Assembly: GCA_020072785.1 (NCBI GenBank)
Contig: JAIQGG010000007.1
Location: forward strand, 9,995-73,994
Length of the DNA: 64,000 bases
Source of the DNA: Terriglobia bacterium
GTDB lineage: Bacteria > Acidobacteriota > Terriglobia > Acidiferrales > UBA7541
Reading direction: 5' to 3'
Shown here: piece after piece, positions 26,783-36,902 of the stretch
Numbering within the stretch: position 1 is the stretch's first letter
Layout of the letters: each line of letters opens with the position of its first letter
The notes under the pieces: generated by a model
Seen by the model: the letters and a program-made list of their open reading frames with translations, nothing else
Databases searched by the model: none
Told to the model about the DNA's origin: nothing
Made by a program: the position numbers and the translations under genes

Positions 26783-28078
26783 TCACTTGCCGTGCGCCGG
26801 GACCGCTGCCAACTCACCCTGCACCACGCTGGCCTGCAGCAGCGCCGGATTTTTCAGCAAGGGCAGCCATTTGTCGCGGACGGTCTCAAATTCGGGCCGG
26901 TTGCGCTTGGAGACGGGATCGGCGGGCGGCAGGCCGAGGTGCTCGAAGTTCTTGTACTTGCCGCGCTGCAGAAAGCGGAAATCGAGATGCGGCCCGGTGG
27001 AAAGCCCGGTGCTGCCGACCAGCCCGATGACCTTGCCGATCTCCACGTGCTCGCCCGTGCGCACGAACATCCTGGAGAGGTGCAGGTACATGGTTTCGTA
27101 GCCGTTGGCGTGCGTAATCTGCACCAGGTTGCCCTCCCCGCCCTTGCGCCCGGCAAAGAGCACCCGCCCGCTACCGATGGTCTGCACCGGCGTGCCCACC
27201 GGCGCGCCGTAGTCAATGCCCAGATGCGGGCGGCGGATCTTCAGGATGGGATGAAAGCGCGCGTAGCTGAAATGCGAGGTGATGCGCGCGCCGAACTTCA
27301 GCGGCGAGCGCAAAAAGGCCTTCTGTAGCGAATTGCCGTTGGCCGCGTAATACGCGGGCCGGCCGCTGGAGTCGTGGAAGAGCAATGCCTGGTAGGGATG
27401 CCCGCCGTTGTCGTATTCCGCGACGAAAATCTTTCCGTAGCCCGCGGTCTGCCCCCCGGCGTATTTCTTCTTCTCCAGCACCACGCGGAAGGTGTCGCCG
27501 CGCCGCGGGTCGGTGTAGAAATCGAGGTCGTACCCGAAGATCTCCGCCAGACGCATGGCCAGGTCCGCCGTTTCGCCCGCGCGCTCCACGGCGTTGAACA
27601 GTGAATCGTCCACCTGCCCGCTCACCACCACGATCTCCGTCTTTGCGGCAATCGTCCGCACTTCCGCGGAAAAGCTGCCGTCCGCCGGCGCGGGCACGAT
27701 GCGCAGCAGCCGCTCCGGGTCGATGCGGTATTCGATGGTGCGCAGCCCGCCATCCACCGAACGCCCCACGGTGATCATGTTTCCCGCGCGCATCTGCCGC
27801 AGATTGAAGGCCCGCTGAGCCGCCGCGGAAGCGCCGGCCGCCTCTTCGGCGCTCAGGCCGAACTTCTCCAGCGCGGCCATGAAATTCGCGCCCGCGGGAA
27901 CTTTCTTCCCCGTCGGCAGCACGCTCTGCTGCCGGGCCCACGCGGCCTCTTTCTGCGTCAGTTGCACTTCGTGCTGAAAGGCCTCCGTGGCCACCAGCCG
28001 CTGGCGAAATACGTAACCCAGCACACCCATCCCGGCGCTGCACAGCACCAGGAGCACCACGCCAAAACGACGATTCAC
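26783..28078 (-). CDS. M23 family metallopeptidase (peptidoglycan DD-endopeptidase type)
   Basis: HLGIDYGAPVGTPV ... GSTGLSTGPHLDFRF motifs and an N-terminal membrane anchor. GTG start at 28078 is preceded by GGGGGA; start uncertain. Confidence 0.85.
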   Translation of the reverse strand: MNRRFGVVLLVLCSAGMGVLGYVFRQRLVATEAFQHEVQLTQKEAAWARQQSVLPTGKKVPAGANFMAALEKFGLSAEEAAGASAAAQRAFNLRQMRAGNMITVGRSVDGGLRTIEYRIDPERLLRIVPAPADGSFSAEVRTIAAKTEIVVVSGQVDDSLFNAVERAGETADLAMRLAEIFGYDLDFYTDPRRGDTFRVVLEKKKYAGGQTAGYGKIFVAEYDNGGHPYQALLFHDSSGRPAYYAANGNSLQKAFLRSPLKFGARITSHFSYARFHPILKIRRPHLGIDYGAPVGTPVQTIGSGRVLFAGRKGGEGNLVQITHANGYETMYLHLSRMFVRTGEHVEIGKVIGLVGSTGLSTGPHLDFRFLQRGKYKNFEHLGLPPADPVSKRNRPEFETVRDKWLPLLKNPALLQASVVQGELAAVPAHGK

Positions 28079-28328
28079 GCTTTCCCCCAAGTTACTCGCT
28101 GCCCCTGCAGCTTTTGGCCCCACCGCGCCGCGCGCCCGGTCCCCGATGCTTCCTGGGAGAGAACACCCGGACAAAGCGCTTCTCAGCTTACCCTGCACCC
28201 CTCTTTTGTCTCAAGCAGGAACCGGAGTCAAAGGGAGAAACGGGCGGAGGTGTGGAGAACGATACGGCAAGGAGCAGGCGAGATAGGATGCGCATAGCCC
28301 CGCCGGGAACGAAGCAAGGAACAGAGAG

Positions 28329-29447
28329 TCAGTTGCCGGACGCGCCGATCCACTCGTTGCGGTGCGGCACCTCGGCAAAATAGTTCTGCTCGCGCAGCTT
28401 GCGGTAGATCCGCCCGGCAACCACCGCGGCCGTGGGGCCCATGACGCGGTGGCTGCTGCCGCGCAGGAGAACCACCAGCGCAATTTTCGGCCGCGCTTCG
28501 TCGGCGTAGGATACAAACCAGCCCACCCGCGATTTCTGGTCGTTGCACGTGCCGGTCTTGCCCAGCGCCAGTTCGTCGCCGCCCTGGTCGAAACTGGCCT
28601 TGCCCGTGCCGTAGAGCACCGCCGCGAGCATGCCTTCGCGGATCGGCGGCAGCAGCGGGGCGATATCCAGCTGGCGCTTCACGCGGGGCGCGAAATTCGC
28701 GCGCTCTTCTTCCGTGCGCGGGTACTGCAGATAGTAGAGAGTTCCGCCGTTGGCCACCGCGGAGGCCAGCGAGGCGAGCTGCAGCGGCGTCATCTGGATG
28801 CCTTCGCCGAAGCTGGACATGCGCGCCACCCCGCCGTGCGCCGGCGCTATCGCCGGGAGAAGGCCGGGATGCTCCTCCGGCATGTTGTAGCCGGAGAGCT
28901 CGCCGAGCCCCAGGAGCTTGGCGTAGCGGGACACGGTTGCGAAGCCCATGCGCCGGCCCAGCTCTTCAAAAAATTGGTTATTGGAATGGGCCATGGCCTC
29001 GGTGAGATTCATGTACTTGCGCCGCCCGACCTTGAGCATGGTGTCGCGGGTGATGACGTCCTCTTCGAGCGCGGCGACGGCGATCGTGGGCTTGATGGTC
29101 GAGCACGGAATCGTGCCGTTGGAGAAGGCCAACTTCTGGTTGACGATGCTCAGGATGCGCCCGGTATTGGGATCCACGGCCACCACCGTGCCGTTGTAGC
29201 GGCCCAGGGCCTCGACGGCTGCCTGGCGGATGACCGGGTCGTCGTAAGCCGCAATGTCTTCACTGGTGGAATCGGCAAAGGTGGGCACGCCGCGGAACCG
29301 CGACGCCGCATGGCCCTTGCTCCGCCGCGATGCTCGCACGCCCGCCTTGCCGCCGGCCGCCGCTGGGGCGGCGACTGCCGGAACAGCACAGGCCCACGCC
29401 AACAATATGGCCAACACGTTTCGCGATATCCTGGCTGCCCGCTTCAT
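28329..29447 (-). CDS. secreted penicillin-binding transpeptidase-domain protein
   Basis: Signal peptide; SXXK (STIKP), SXN (SNN) and KTG (KTGT) motifs in the right order and spacing. Confidence 0.8.
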   Translation of the reverse strand: MKRAARISRNVLAILLAWACAVPAVAAPAAAGGKAGVRASRRSKGHAASRFRGVPTFADSTSEDIAAYDDPVIRQAAVEALGRYNGTVVAVDPNTGRILSIVNQKLAFSNGTIPCSTIKPTIAVAALEEDVITRDTMLKVGRRKYMNLTEAMAHSNNQFFEELGRRMGFATVSRYAKLLGLGELSGYNMPEEHPGLLPAIAPAHGGVARMSSFGEGIQMTPLQLASLASAVANGGTLYYLQYPRTEEERANFAPRVKRQLDIAPLLPPIREGMLAAVLYGTGKASFDQGGDELALGKTGTCNDQKSRVGWFVSYADEARPKIALVVLLRGSSHRVMGPTAAVVAGRIYRKLREQNYFAEVPHRNEWIGASGN

Positions 29448-29681
29448 AGTCCCCACTTCCACGCCCCCGAAATGGCCCCTGCCGCATGGCATGCCAGCGG
29501 CCGAGGCAACAGCGATTGTAGGGAAGCGCACGGGGATAGGCAATAGGCCAAGCACTCTAGTACGTGGATATGTGTTGTGAAATCAACTCTGTCCAAAGGG
29601 GCAGGTCTGGAGGGGAAGAAGAAAATTGGATGGTTGAAAAGTTCAAAAGTTGAAAAGGCTGAAAGCATGGAGCGAGAACGG

Positions 29682-29729
29682 AAAAAAGGTCTGGGGCGCC
29701 GTCGCGCGGCTTGCCCCCAGACCTTTTCC
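29682..29729. terminator. strong hairpin terminator after recA (A-tract / stem / T-tract, potentially bidirectional)
   Basis: GAAAAAA, GGTCTGGGGC, a 15-nt loop, GCCCCCAGACC, then TTTTCC; about 40 nt after the recA stop. Confidence 0.7.
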
Positions 29730-29767
29730 GGCCTTTCCAGTCTTTAACGCTTCAACGCTTCAACTTC

Positions 29768-30889
29768 TTAGCGCGTAGGCCCGTTCACTGGCCTGCCCTT
29801 CGCCGCAGAAGCTGCCGCGCCCATAGCCCGGTCATTCGGCGCCGGCGCCGCGGCCGGAGTTGCCGCGGGAGCCGAGGCGCCGTTCACAGTTCCCGGCGTG
29901 GGGATTTCCATCTTCTTGCGCAGCGCAGCTTCCAGCTTGGCGCGAATGTCTGGATTTTCCTTGAGGAAAATGCGCGCATTCTCACGGCCCTGGCCCATGC
30001 GCTCACTGCCGTAGCTGAGCCACGTGCCGCTCTTTTCGACGAGGCCTTTATCCACGCCCAGGTCCAGCAGGTCGCCTTCGCGCGAGATGCCTTCTCCGTA
30101 GAGGATGTCGAATTCGGCCTCGCGGAACGGCGCGGCGACCTTGTTCTTCACCACCTTGCCGCGGGTGCGCGACCCGACGACTTTGTCCCCTTCCTTGATG
30201 GCCTGAATGCGGCGGATATCCAGGCGGATGGAGGCGTAGAACTTCAGCGCGCGGCCGCCCGTGGTGGTTTCCGGATTGCCGAACATGACGCCGATCTTTT
30301 CGCGGATCTGGTTGATGAAGATCAGGCAGGTCCTGGACTTGGAAACGATGCCGGTGAGCTTGCGCAGGGCCTGGGACATCAGGCGGGCCTGCAAGCCCAT
30401 CTGCGGATCGCCCATTTCGCCTTCCAGCTCGGCCTTGGGCACCAGGGCGGCCACGGAGTCCACGACGACGACGTCCACCCCGCCCGAGCGGATCAGCGTT
30501 TCCGCAATTTCCAGCGCCTGCTCACCGTTATCCGGCTGCGACACCAAGAGGTTGTCCACGTCCACGCCCAGCTTGCGCGCATAGACGGGGTCCAGCGCGT
30601 GCTCGGCGTCGATGAAGGCCGCCTGCCCGCCCAGCTTCTGCGCTTCGGCGATGACGTGCAGCGTCATGGTGGTCTTACCGCCCGATTCCGGGCCGTAAAC
30701 CTCGATGACCCGCCCGCGCGGAAAGCCGCCCACGCCCAGCGCGGCGTCCAGCGAGAGGCATCCGGTGGGGATGACGCTCACGGGCACCAGTACATCGCGG
30801 CTGCCAAGGCGCATGATCGAGCCCTTGCCGAAGGACTTTTCGATCTGCGCGATCGCCGCGTCCAGCATTTTCGATTTCTCGTCTGCCAT
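29768..30889 (-). CDS. recA: recombinase RecA with a non-acidic Ala/Pro-rich C-terminal extension
   Basis: GPESGGKTT Walker A and the full RecA core. ATG at 30889 is preceded by GAGGTG. Confidence 0.97.
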   Translation of the reverse strand: MADEKSKMLDAAIAQIEKSFGKGSIMRLGSRDVLVPVSVIPTGCLSLDAALGVGGFPRGRVIEVYGPESGGKTTMTLHVIAEAQKLGGQAAFIDAEHALDPVYARKLGVDVDNLLVSQPDNGEQALEIAETLIRSGGVDVVVVDSVAALVPKAELEGEMGDPQMGLQARLMSQALRKLTGIVSKSRTCLIFINQIREKIGVMFGNPETTTGGRALKFYASIRLDIRRIQAIKEGDKVVGSRTRGKVVKNKVAAPFREAEFDILYGEGISREGDLLDLGVDKGLVEKSGTWLSYGSERMGQGRENARIFLKENPDIRAKLEAALRKKMEIPTPGTVNGASAPAATPAAAPAPNDRAMGAAASAAKGRPVNGPTR

Positions 30890-30964
30890 TTCACACCTCG
30901 GAAGAGGAAAGTAGGAATCGTGTAACCGGGACCTTGGGGGCCGCAGGCCGGGGCGCCGCGCCGG

Positions 30965-30979
30965 GAACAACGCGAGACC
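30965..30979 (-). promoter_or_regulatory. possible degenerate LexA box upstream of recA
   Basis: Minus strand GGTCTCGCGTTGTTC (7/8 half-site positions of GTTC-N7-GTTC). It is 76 nt upstream of the recA ATG, versus 75 nt for the lexA box. No clear -35/-10 was found around it. Confidence 0.3.
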
Positions 30980-31106
30980 CTTTGGGGACGTGGCTAGGCG
31001 TGCAGCTTACCACTCGGTTCACCATCGCGCCATCCCTTTCTGGCTCTGCAGCCGCGTCTTGCTCTGCCCTGCTGCTGCAAATCGCTGCTAGTTAGAGATA
31101 CCCATA

Positions 31107-31298
31107 CTACCGCTGACAGCCATGCTGCGTCTCGTGGTCGCGCAGCCGGGCCTGCGCCGCACGCTCCCGCTGCTCCCACGCGGCCCGCTCCGGCGACGTC
31201 AGTTGCCGCAAGCGCGACAAATTCCGCCCGCGCGTCCGGGTTTCCACCAGCTCTTCTTCCAGTCTCTGCCGTTCACCGCAAAGGAGCAAACCACGCAT
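31107..31298 (-). CDS. possible small Arg/Glu-rich helical protein (63 aa)
   Basis: High GC3 in this frame (about 80% by hand count) within an otherwise empty 650-nt gap. No SD and no recognised family. Confidence 0.25.
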   Translation of the reverse strand: MRGLLLCGERQRLEEELVETRTRGRNLSRLRQLTSPERAAWEQRERAAQARLRDHETQHGCQR

Positions 31299-31544
31299 GG
31301 GGCACCTGCCAGCAACATCGGGGAGAAGGTATCCCAAAGGCGAACAAAAGGCAAACACTATTTTCGCCTAATATTCGCCATCGCCGGGCCCCTTCCCCTG
31401 CAGGCGCCTCTTCCCGCCCTAGTCTTCCTTTGAGGGCACCTTGCAAAAACTATACGTTGAGATCCTTTCCGACAGGAGTCGGAATCTTCGATCGGTCAAC
31501 CTAATCGGGTGACAGGATGACAGCGTCGAGGTACTGGGAAACAC

Positions 31545-33371
31545 CTACAATTTCTTGCGCCAGATTTCCTGGCGGGTTTCGAGGCGCGTGGCGGCGATCC
31601 AACGGCCGTCGGGGGAGACGCGCGGGTGCAGGAGGTTGGCGGCGGCGGCGCTGAGTTTTTTGGGCGTGCCGCCGGCACGCGGGATGGCGAAGAGCTGCAT
31701 GCGGCCATCCTGGAGGGCGCTAAAGAGGATGGTCTGGGCGTCGGGAGTCCAGTCCAGGCCGCTGTAGGTGTCGCTTTTGTAGGTGACGAGGCGCTGCGCT
31801 TGGCTGCCATCAGCGGCGAGAATCCAGATGGCGCGCTCGCCGGGGGCGGATTCGTCCTCGACGGCGATCTCCTCGCCCTTGGGCGACCACATGGGCCACT
31901 CGGCACTGTGCACCTCCGCCGGGAGAGGCAGCTTCGCGCTGCTGAGGACGCTGCCGGTTTCCGGGTTGATGGTGGTGATCCACAGGCGATAGACGCCGGG
32001 CTTGCCGCCCTTTTCCCACGAGGGAAAGACCAGGCGGCGGCCGTCGGGAGACCAACTGGGGGAGCCCGTCTCCCAGCCGAAATCGGTGAGGCGTATTTCG
32101 GGCGCCTGCGGATCGCCGGCGCGCTTGAGCCAGATGTCGTCGCTGGCGCCGGGGGCGTCGTAGTAGGCCACGGGCTGCGGCGCACGGTGGGAGTGGAAGG
32201 CGATCCACTTCCCGTCCGGCGACCACTCCGGAGGAAAATCCTCGTGATTACCGGCGATGACCACGCTGCGCGGCGAAGTGGCGTGCGCTTCGGCGTCCAC
32301 GCTGACCGCGCCGGCGTCCAGATCGAGGGCCCAGTCCGCGCGGCGCCATTGCCCGAAGAAAAAGCCGATCTGGCGGGAGTCGCGGCTCCAGGCGGGGAGC
32401 TCGGCACCGGGGAGCACTTCATGGGCCGGGCCTCCGGCAATGGGGAGGGCCACGATGGAATCGTGAATGGTGTTCTGCGCCCAGTACAGATTGCCCGCGG
32501 CCTCGACGGGAGCGGTCTTGTCCCCGTCCGAAGAGACCAGTTTTTTCAACCGTTTGCTGCTGAGATTGAATTCGTAGATGTCCAGCCAGCGCTCGGCGTC
32601 CGGATTCTGGCGCGCGGCGGCCTCCGGCGCCTTCTCGCCAACGAGCGAGAGATAGAGCCGCCCGCCATCGGGCGAAAGGCTGAGCGGGCTCAGCCGGGGG
32701 TCCGCATCCAGCCCCTGCGCGAGCGGCACGACCTTGCCCATACCGACAGGCACCTGCACCAGCGAAGTCGAGCCGCCAGCCTGGCGCACCATGGCGTAGA
32801 GGCTCTGCGCATCGGGCGCAAAGACCGCGCCGGTGATCACGCCGGGGACGGCGATGTGTTTTCTTTCCTTCCAACCGCCGACCCACAGCCCGGCATCGGC
32901 GACGTTGGAGCGAAAATAGGCCGAAGTCTTTCCGTCCGCAGAGCAAACGGGAATGGCATCGGGCTTGAACATGACGCGGTCGAGGCCCTTGTTTTCGATC
33001 ATGGCGTACCAGCCCTCGAGAGCGCCGTGCTGGCCCATGCGCAGCAGTTCCTCGCCGCAGAAGAAGGCCTGGGAGACGCTGGCCAGCGGGCCGCGCAGCC
33101 GCGCGGCGTCCTCCTTCTTGGTGACCAGGGAGATGAGGTCCACGCCCCCGGCGCGGGAAAGAAGCGCCCACTTCCCGTCGCTGGAGATGGCGGCGCCCGG
33201 CGCCAGATCTTCAAACCAGCGATGGCCCGCGCGCGAATAGATTTTCTCGGCGCCGGCGGGCGCGCCTTGCTGCGCCAGCGCTACGCCCGCGAGGCCCAGC
33301 GCGGCAGCAGCCAGGAGACAACCAGAGAAACGGCGCGCGCGAAAAAGTGCGGGGAGCATGGAAAGCGTCAT
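31545..33371 (-). CDS. periplasmic PD40/WD40-like beta-propeller protein (TolB-like repeats)
   Basis: Signal peptide; repeated SPDG motifs (WSPDGKWIAFHS, WSPDGRRLVF, SPDGRWIAATR). Its start overlaps the hbd stop (ATGA). Confidence 0.8.
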   Translation of the reverse strand: MTLSMLPALFRARRFSGCLLAAAALGLAGVALAQQGAPAGAEKIYSRAGHRWFEDLAPGAAISSDGKWALLSRAGGVDLISLVTKKEDAARLRGPLASVSQAFFCGEELLRMGQHGALEGWYAMIENKGLDRVMFKPDAIPVCSADGKTSAYFRSNVADAGLWVGGWKERKHIAVPGVITGAVFAPDAQSLYAMVRQAGGSTSLVQVPVGMGKVVPLAQGLDADPRLSPLSLSPDGGRLYLSLVGEKAPEAAARQNPDAERWLDIYEFNLSSKRLKKLVSSDGDKTAPVEAAGNLYWAQNTIHDSIVALPIAGGPAHEVLPGAELPAWSRDSRQIGFFFGQWRRADWALDLDAGAVSVDAEAHATSPRSVVIAGNHEDFPPEWSPDGKWIAFHSHRAPQPVAYYDAPGASDDIWLKRAGDPQAPEIRLTDFGWETGSPSWSPDGRRLVFPSWEKGGKPGVYRLWITTINPETGSVLSSAKLPLPAEVHSAEWPMWSPKGEEIAVEDESAPGERAIWILAADGSQAQRLVTYKSDTYSGLDWTPDAQTILFSALQDGRMQLFAIPRAGGTPKKLSAAAANLLHPRVSPDGRWIAATRLETRQEIWRKKL

Positions 33372-34240
33372 GGCTTCTCCTGGGAATAGCTGTAAAAGCC
33401 GCGGCCGGATTTACGGCCCAGCCAGCCGGCGGCGACATATTTTTTCAGCAGCGGGCAGGCGCGGTATTTGGGATCGCCTAGGCCGTCCTGCAGGACGTGC
33501 AGGATATCCACGCAGACGTCGAGGCCGATAAAATCGGCCAGCTCCAGCGGACCCATGGGATGGTTCATGCCCATCTTCATCACGGCGTCCACGGCTTCGA
33601 CGGTGGCCACGCCTTCCAGGACGGCGTAGGCGGCTTCGTTGATGAGCGGCATGAGCACGCGGTTGGAGACGAAGCCGGGCGCGTCGTTGACGGCAACCGG
33701 CTTCTTGCCGAGCCTTTCGGCGAGGCGCAGGGTGGTGTCGAAGGTGGCGTCCGAGGTCTGCAGCGCGCGGATAACTTCGACGAGCACCATCACCGGCACG
33801 GGGTTCATGAAGTGCATGCCCACGAAGCGGTCGGGGCGCCCGGTGAGCGCGGCGAGGGTGGTGATGGCGATGGAGGAGGTGTTGCTGGCGAGGATGGCGT
33901 CCGGGCGGAGGATCCCGTCGGCCTCCTGCAGGACGGCGCGCTTGATCTCCAGCTTTTCCGGGACGGCTTCGACCACGAAATCGGCGGCGGCGATGGCCTG
34001 CATGTCGGTGACCGGCTGGAGGCGGGCGAGGACGGCGGCGCGGTCGGCTTCGGCGAGCTTGCCCTTCTTGATCTCGCGGTCGAGATTCTTGCCGATGGTT
34101 TCCAGGCCGCGGTCGAGGAAGCGGGGCTCGACGTCGCGCAGGATCACGGAGAAGCCCGCGCGGGCAAAGACATGCGCGATGCCGTTGCCCATGGTGCCTG
34201 CGCCCAGCACGGCAACGGTTTTGATTGCGTCCACGGTCAT
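33368..34240 (-). CDS. hbd: 3-hydroxybutyryl-CoA dehydrogenase
   Basis: VAVLGAGTMGNGIAHV Rossmann motif and the C-terminal domain of 3-hydroxyacyl-CoA dehydrogenases. GGAGGA lies before the ATG at 34240. Confidence 0.9.
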   Translation of the reverse strand: MTVDAIKTVAVLGAGTMGNGIAHVFARAGFSVILRDVEPRFLDRGLETIGKNLDREIKKGKLAEADRAAVLARLQPVTDMQAIAAADFVVEAVPEKLEIKRAVLQEADGILRPDAILASNTSSIAITTLAALTGRPDRFVGMHFMNPVPVMVLVEVIRALQTSDATFDTTLRLAERLGKKPVAVNDAPGFVSNRVLMPLINEAAYAVLEGVATVEAVDAVMKMGMNHPMGPLELADFIGLDVCVDILHVLQDGLGDPKYRACPLLKKYVAAGWLGRKSGRGFYSYSQEKP

Positions 34241-34303
34241 AGCAATCCTCCGAACTACGCTTTCCATTTGGATGGAGGGCAGTTTACTACAGGCGGGCAC
34301 GCC

Positions 34304-34945
34304 TCACCGAGGCGGCGTGCCTTCGCGGACTTCGCGGAGGATTTCGCGGGCGGCAGGTTCGTCGGCGGGCATGACGAAGAGGCGCAGCGTGCCGGGCTCG
34401 GCGCCTTCACGGCGGACGCCGATGCGATTTTCGCGCAGGCAATCTTCGAGGATCCGGGCGAGGCCGACGTCCTCGCCGCTCCAAATCTCCGCGGTGGCTT
34501 GTTGGGGGTTCCACCCAGCCGCGCGGCGTTCTTCTATTTTTTCGGCCTCTTCTGCTTCCCTTGTTTCTTGTTCCTCTTCCTCCCCCGGTTCCCTGAAGGC
34601 GAAAGGCGAAGACTGATAGATGGGCTCGAGCAGTTCGCGCGCGCGTTGCGCATCGGAGCGGAAGACGCGCACCTCGTATTTCGGCCGCGGCATGCCTAGC
34701 TCAAAAACAAAATGGTCCTGGGTGGCCTTCACGTGGTGCGGGATGCCGGCTTCGCGCAGAGCGGCAATAGCCTGGCTAACGGCCACGGGATCGCCGCTTT
34801 TCCAGACCATGTCGATGCGCTCCTTGCGCTCTTTTTCATGGAGCGGGCGGCCGCGTAGGGCCTCGGGCACCAGCTCGACGCCGCACATCGTACAGCGGCC
34901 GTAGCCGGCGGCGTATTCGGCATCGCATAGCGGGCAGTAGTTCAT
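34304..34945 (-). CDS. zinc-ribbon protein with two DUF2007-like modules (tentative)
   Basis: N-terminal CPLC...CTMC ribbon, then two small alpha/beta modules separated by an acidic linker (EEEEQETREAEEAEK). Confidence 0.55.
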   Translation of the reverse strand: MNYCPLCDAEYAAGYGRCTMCGVELVPEALRGRPLHEKERKERIDMVWKSGDPVAVSQAIAALREAGIPHHVKATQDHFVFELGMPRPKYEVRVFRSDAQRARELLEPIYQSSPFAFREPGEEEEQETREAEEAEKIEERRAAGWNPQQATAEIWSGEDVGLARILEDCLRENRIGVRREGAEPGTLRLFVMPADEPAAREILREVREGTPPR

Positions 34946-35030
34946 AGTTTGCTTCGTTCCTCGCCCCTGGGAAGGATTCAAGAGAAAAGCCGCGGGGCTG
35001 TCGCCCCGTGCTACAGCGCTACCCGACAGT

Positions 35031-36215
35031 TCAAAAGCGCTCGATGGCCAGGGCCACGGCATTGCCGCCGCCGAGGCAGAGAGCGGCGACGCCGCGCTGG
35101 AGGTTGCGGCGCTGCAGCTCGTAGAGCAGGGTGACGAGGATGCGCGCGCCGGAAGCGCCGATGGGGTGGCCGAGGGCCACCGCTCCGCCGTTGACGTTGA
35201 CCTTTGCGGAATTCAGCTTGAGTTGGCGGGTGACGGCGAGAGCGGCGACGGAGAAGGCCTCATTCAGCTCGAAGAGGTCCACGTCCTTGTCGCGGTTCCA
35301 ACCGGTCTTGGCGAGGAGTTTTTCCACGGCGTCCACCGGAGCCATCATGACCCACTTGGGCTCGAGGCCGCTGACGGCCTGGGCGACGATGCGGGCGATG
35401 GGCTGTTTGCCGAGCTGCGCGGCCTTGCGCTCGCTGGTGACCACCAGGGCGGCGGCGCCGTCGTTGGTGCTGGGGGCGTTGCCGGCGGTGACCGTGCCGT
35501 CTTTTTTGAAAGCGGGCTTGAGCCGGGCGAGGGCTTCCACGGAAGTGTCCTCGCGGGGCGATTCGTCGTGCTGGACGACGAGGGGAGCGCCCTTCTTCTG
35601 GGGGATCTCGATGGGCAGGATCTGCGAGGTGAAGAGGCCCTCTTTGCGGGCGCGCACGGCCTTCTGGTGGCTTTCGAAAGCGAAGCGGTCCTGCTCCTCG
35701 CGGGTGATGGAATATTTTTCGGCGACGAGTTCGCCGGTCATGCCCATGTGGAAGTTTTCGTAAGCGTCCCACAGGCCGTCGTTGATCATGGAATCGATGA
35801 TCTTGCCGTCACCAAGACGGTAGCCGGTGCGCGCCTGGGGAAGCAAGTAGGGGCAGTTGGACATGGACTCCATGCCGCCGGCGACGAGGAGTTCGGATTC
35901 CCCGGTCTGCACGGCCTGCGCGGCGAGGGCTACGGCCTTGAGGCCGGAGCCGCAGACCTTATTAATGGTCATGGCGGCGACGCGGGGATCGCAGCCGCCT
36001 TTGAGGGCGGCCTGGCGCGCGGGATTCTGGCCGAGGCCGGCCTGCACGACGTTGCCGAGAATGGCTTCGTCCACTAGCTTCGCGTCAATGCCGGCGCGGC
36101 GGATAGCTTCGGCGACAACCTTGCCGCCGAGCTCGGGGGCGGAAAAGCCGGCGAGGCCGCCCTGGAATTTACCGATGGCCGTGCGGACGGCGGAAAGAAT
36201 AACGGGATTTTCCAT
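35031..36215 (-). CDS. acetyl-CoA C-acetyltransferase (thiolase II)
   Basis: [10 protein letters not shown] active-site Cys region, [15 protein letters not shown], and the [11 protein letters not shown]-terminus. GGAGG lies before the ATG at 36215. Confidence 0.93.
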   Translation of the reverse strand: MENPVILSAVRTAIGKFQGGLAGFSAPELGGKVVAEAIRRAGIDAKLVDEAILGNVVQAGLGQNPARQAALKGGCDPRVAAMTINKVCGSGLKAVALAAQAVQTGESELLVAGGMESMSNCPYLLPQARTGYRLGDGKIIDSMINDGLWDAYENFHMGMTGELVAEKYSITREEQDRFAFESHQKAVRARKEGLFTSQILPIEIPQKKGAPLVVQHDESPREDTSVEALARLKPAFKKDGTVTAGNAPSTNDGAAALVVTSERKAAQLGKQPIARIVAQAVSGLEPKWVMMAPVDAVEKLLAKTGWNRDKDVDLFELNEAFSVAALAVTRQLKLNSAKVNVNGGAVALGHPIGASGARILVTLLYELQRRNLQRGVAALCLGGGNAVALAIERF

Positions 36216-36324
36216 GGTGAGCCTCCGGGGAGCGACGCACTCGATTATACAGCGATGCAAAGGAGGAGAAGACGCCGGAAAGAATTTTGGGGGCGGTGGG
36301 AAGACCGCCCCCCAGAGAACGGGT

Positions 36325-36861
36325 TTAGTTTGCGGCAGCAGCTTCGGCTGAGCCCATCTGGCCTTCGTCGGCGCTGGGGCCATAGAGCGCGGGCACCGGA
36401 ATATTCAGCAGGCGGAAGTAGACGGTGAGCTGGGCGCGATGATGGATTAGATGGTTCATCACCATGCCGCGGAGAACGGCGACCTTGGGCAAGGTGAAGA
36501 TCGTCTTTCCACCAGCGAGAAGAGTCCAAGGTTTCATCATGTCCTGATCGCTGGCAGAAGCGAGGGCGGCGCGCCCCTCGGCGCATTGTTTATCGAAGAC
36601 AGCGAGAAGCTCTTTGCGAGAATCCGTTTTGGGAGGCACGTAAGCAGGACCGCCCACCGGGGCATAATCGAGCTGCTCCGTATTGAGGGTGACGGTGGCC
36701 CACCCGGGCATGGTCGCGATGTGGCCGGCGAGCCAGCCGAGGGTGCCGGACTTATCGTGGGGCTTCCAATTCCATCTGTCGTCAGGGACGCGCTCGAGGG
36801 TTTTGCGCGTGTTCTGCATTTCCTGGTCGTATTCACCGAGCATCATTTGGCCGATAGTCAT
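36325..36861 (-). CDS. DinB-fold family protein
   Basis: 178 aa four-helix-bundle type sequence with His residues spaced as in DinB_2-like proteins (AGHIATMP..., [10 protein letters not shown]). Confidence 0.75.
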   Translation of the reverse strand: MTIGQMMLGEYDQEMQNTRKTLERVPDDRWNWKPHDKSGTLGWLAGHIATMPGWATVTLNTEQLDYAPVGGPAYVPPKTDSRKELLAVFDKQCAEGRAALASASDQDMMKPWTLLAGGKTIFTLPKVAVLRGMVMNHLIHHRAQLTVYFRLLNIPVPALYGPSADEGQMGSAEAAAAN

Positions 36862-36902
36862 GACTGCTGCTCCTTTCGATGCGGATGGCTGCTAAGGCTT
36901 CC

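Noticed and set aside
31122-31433. 103-aa plus-strand ORF upstream of recA
   Set aside because: The translation is Pro/Leu/Arg-rich and the third-position bias favours the opposite strand frame.
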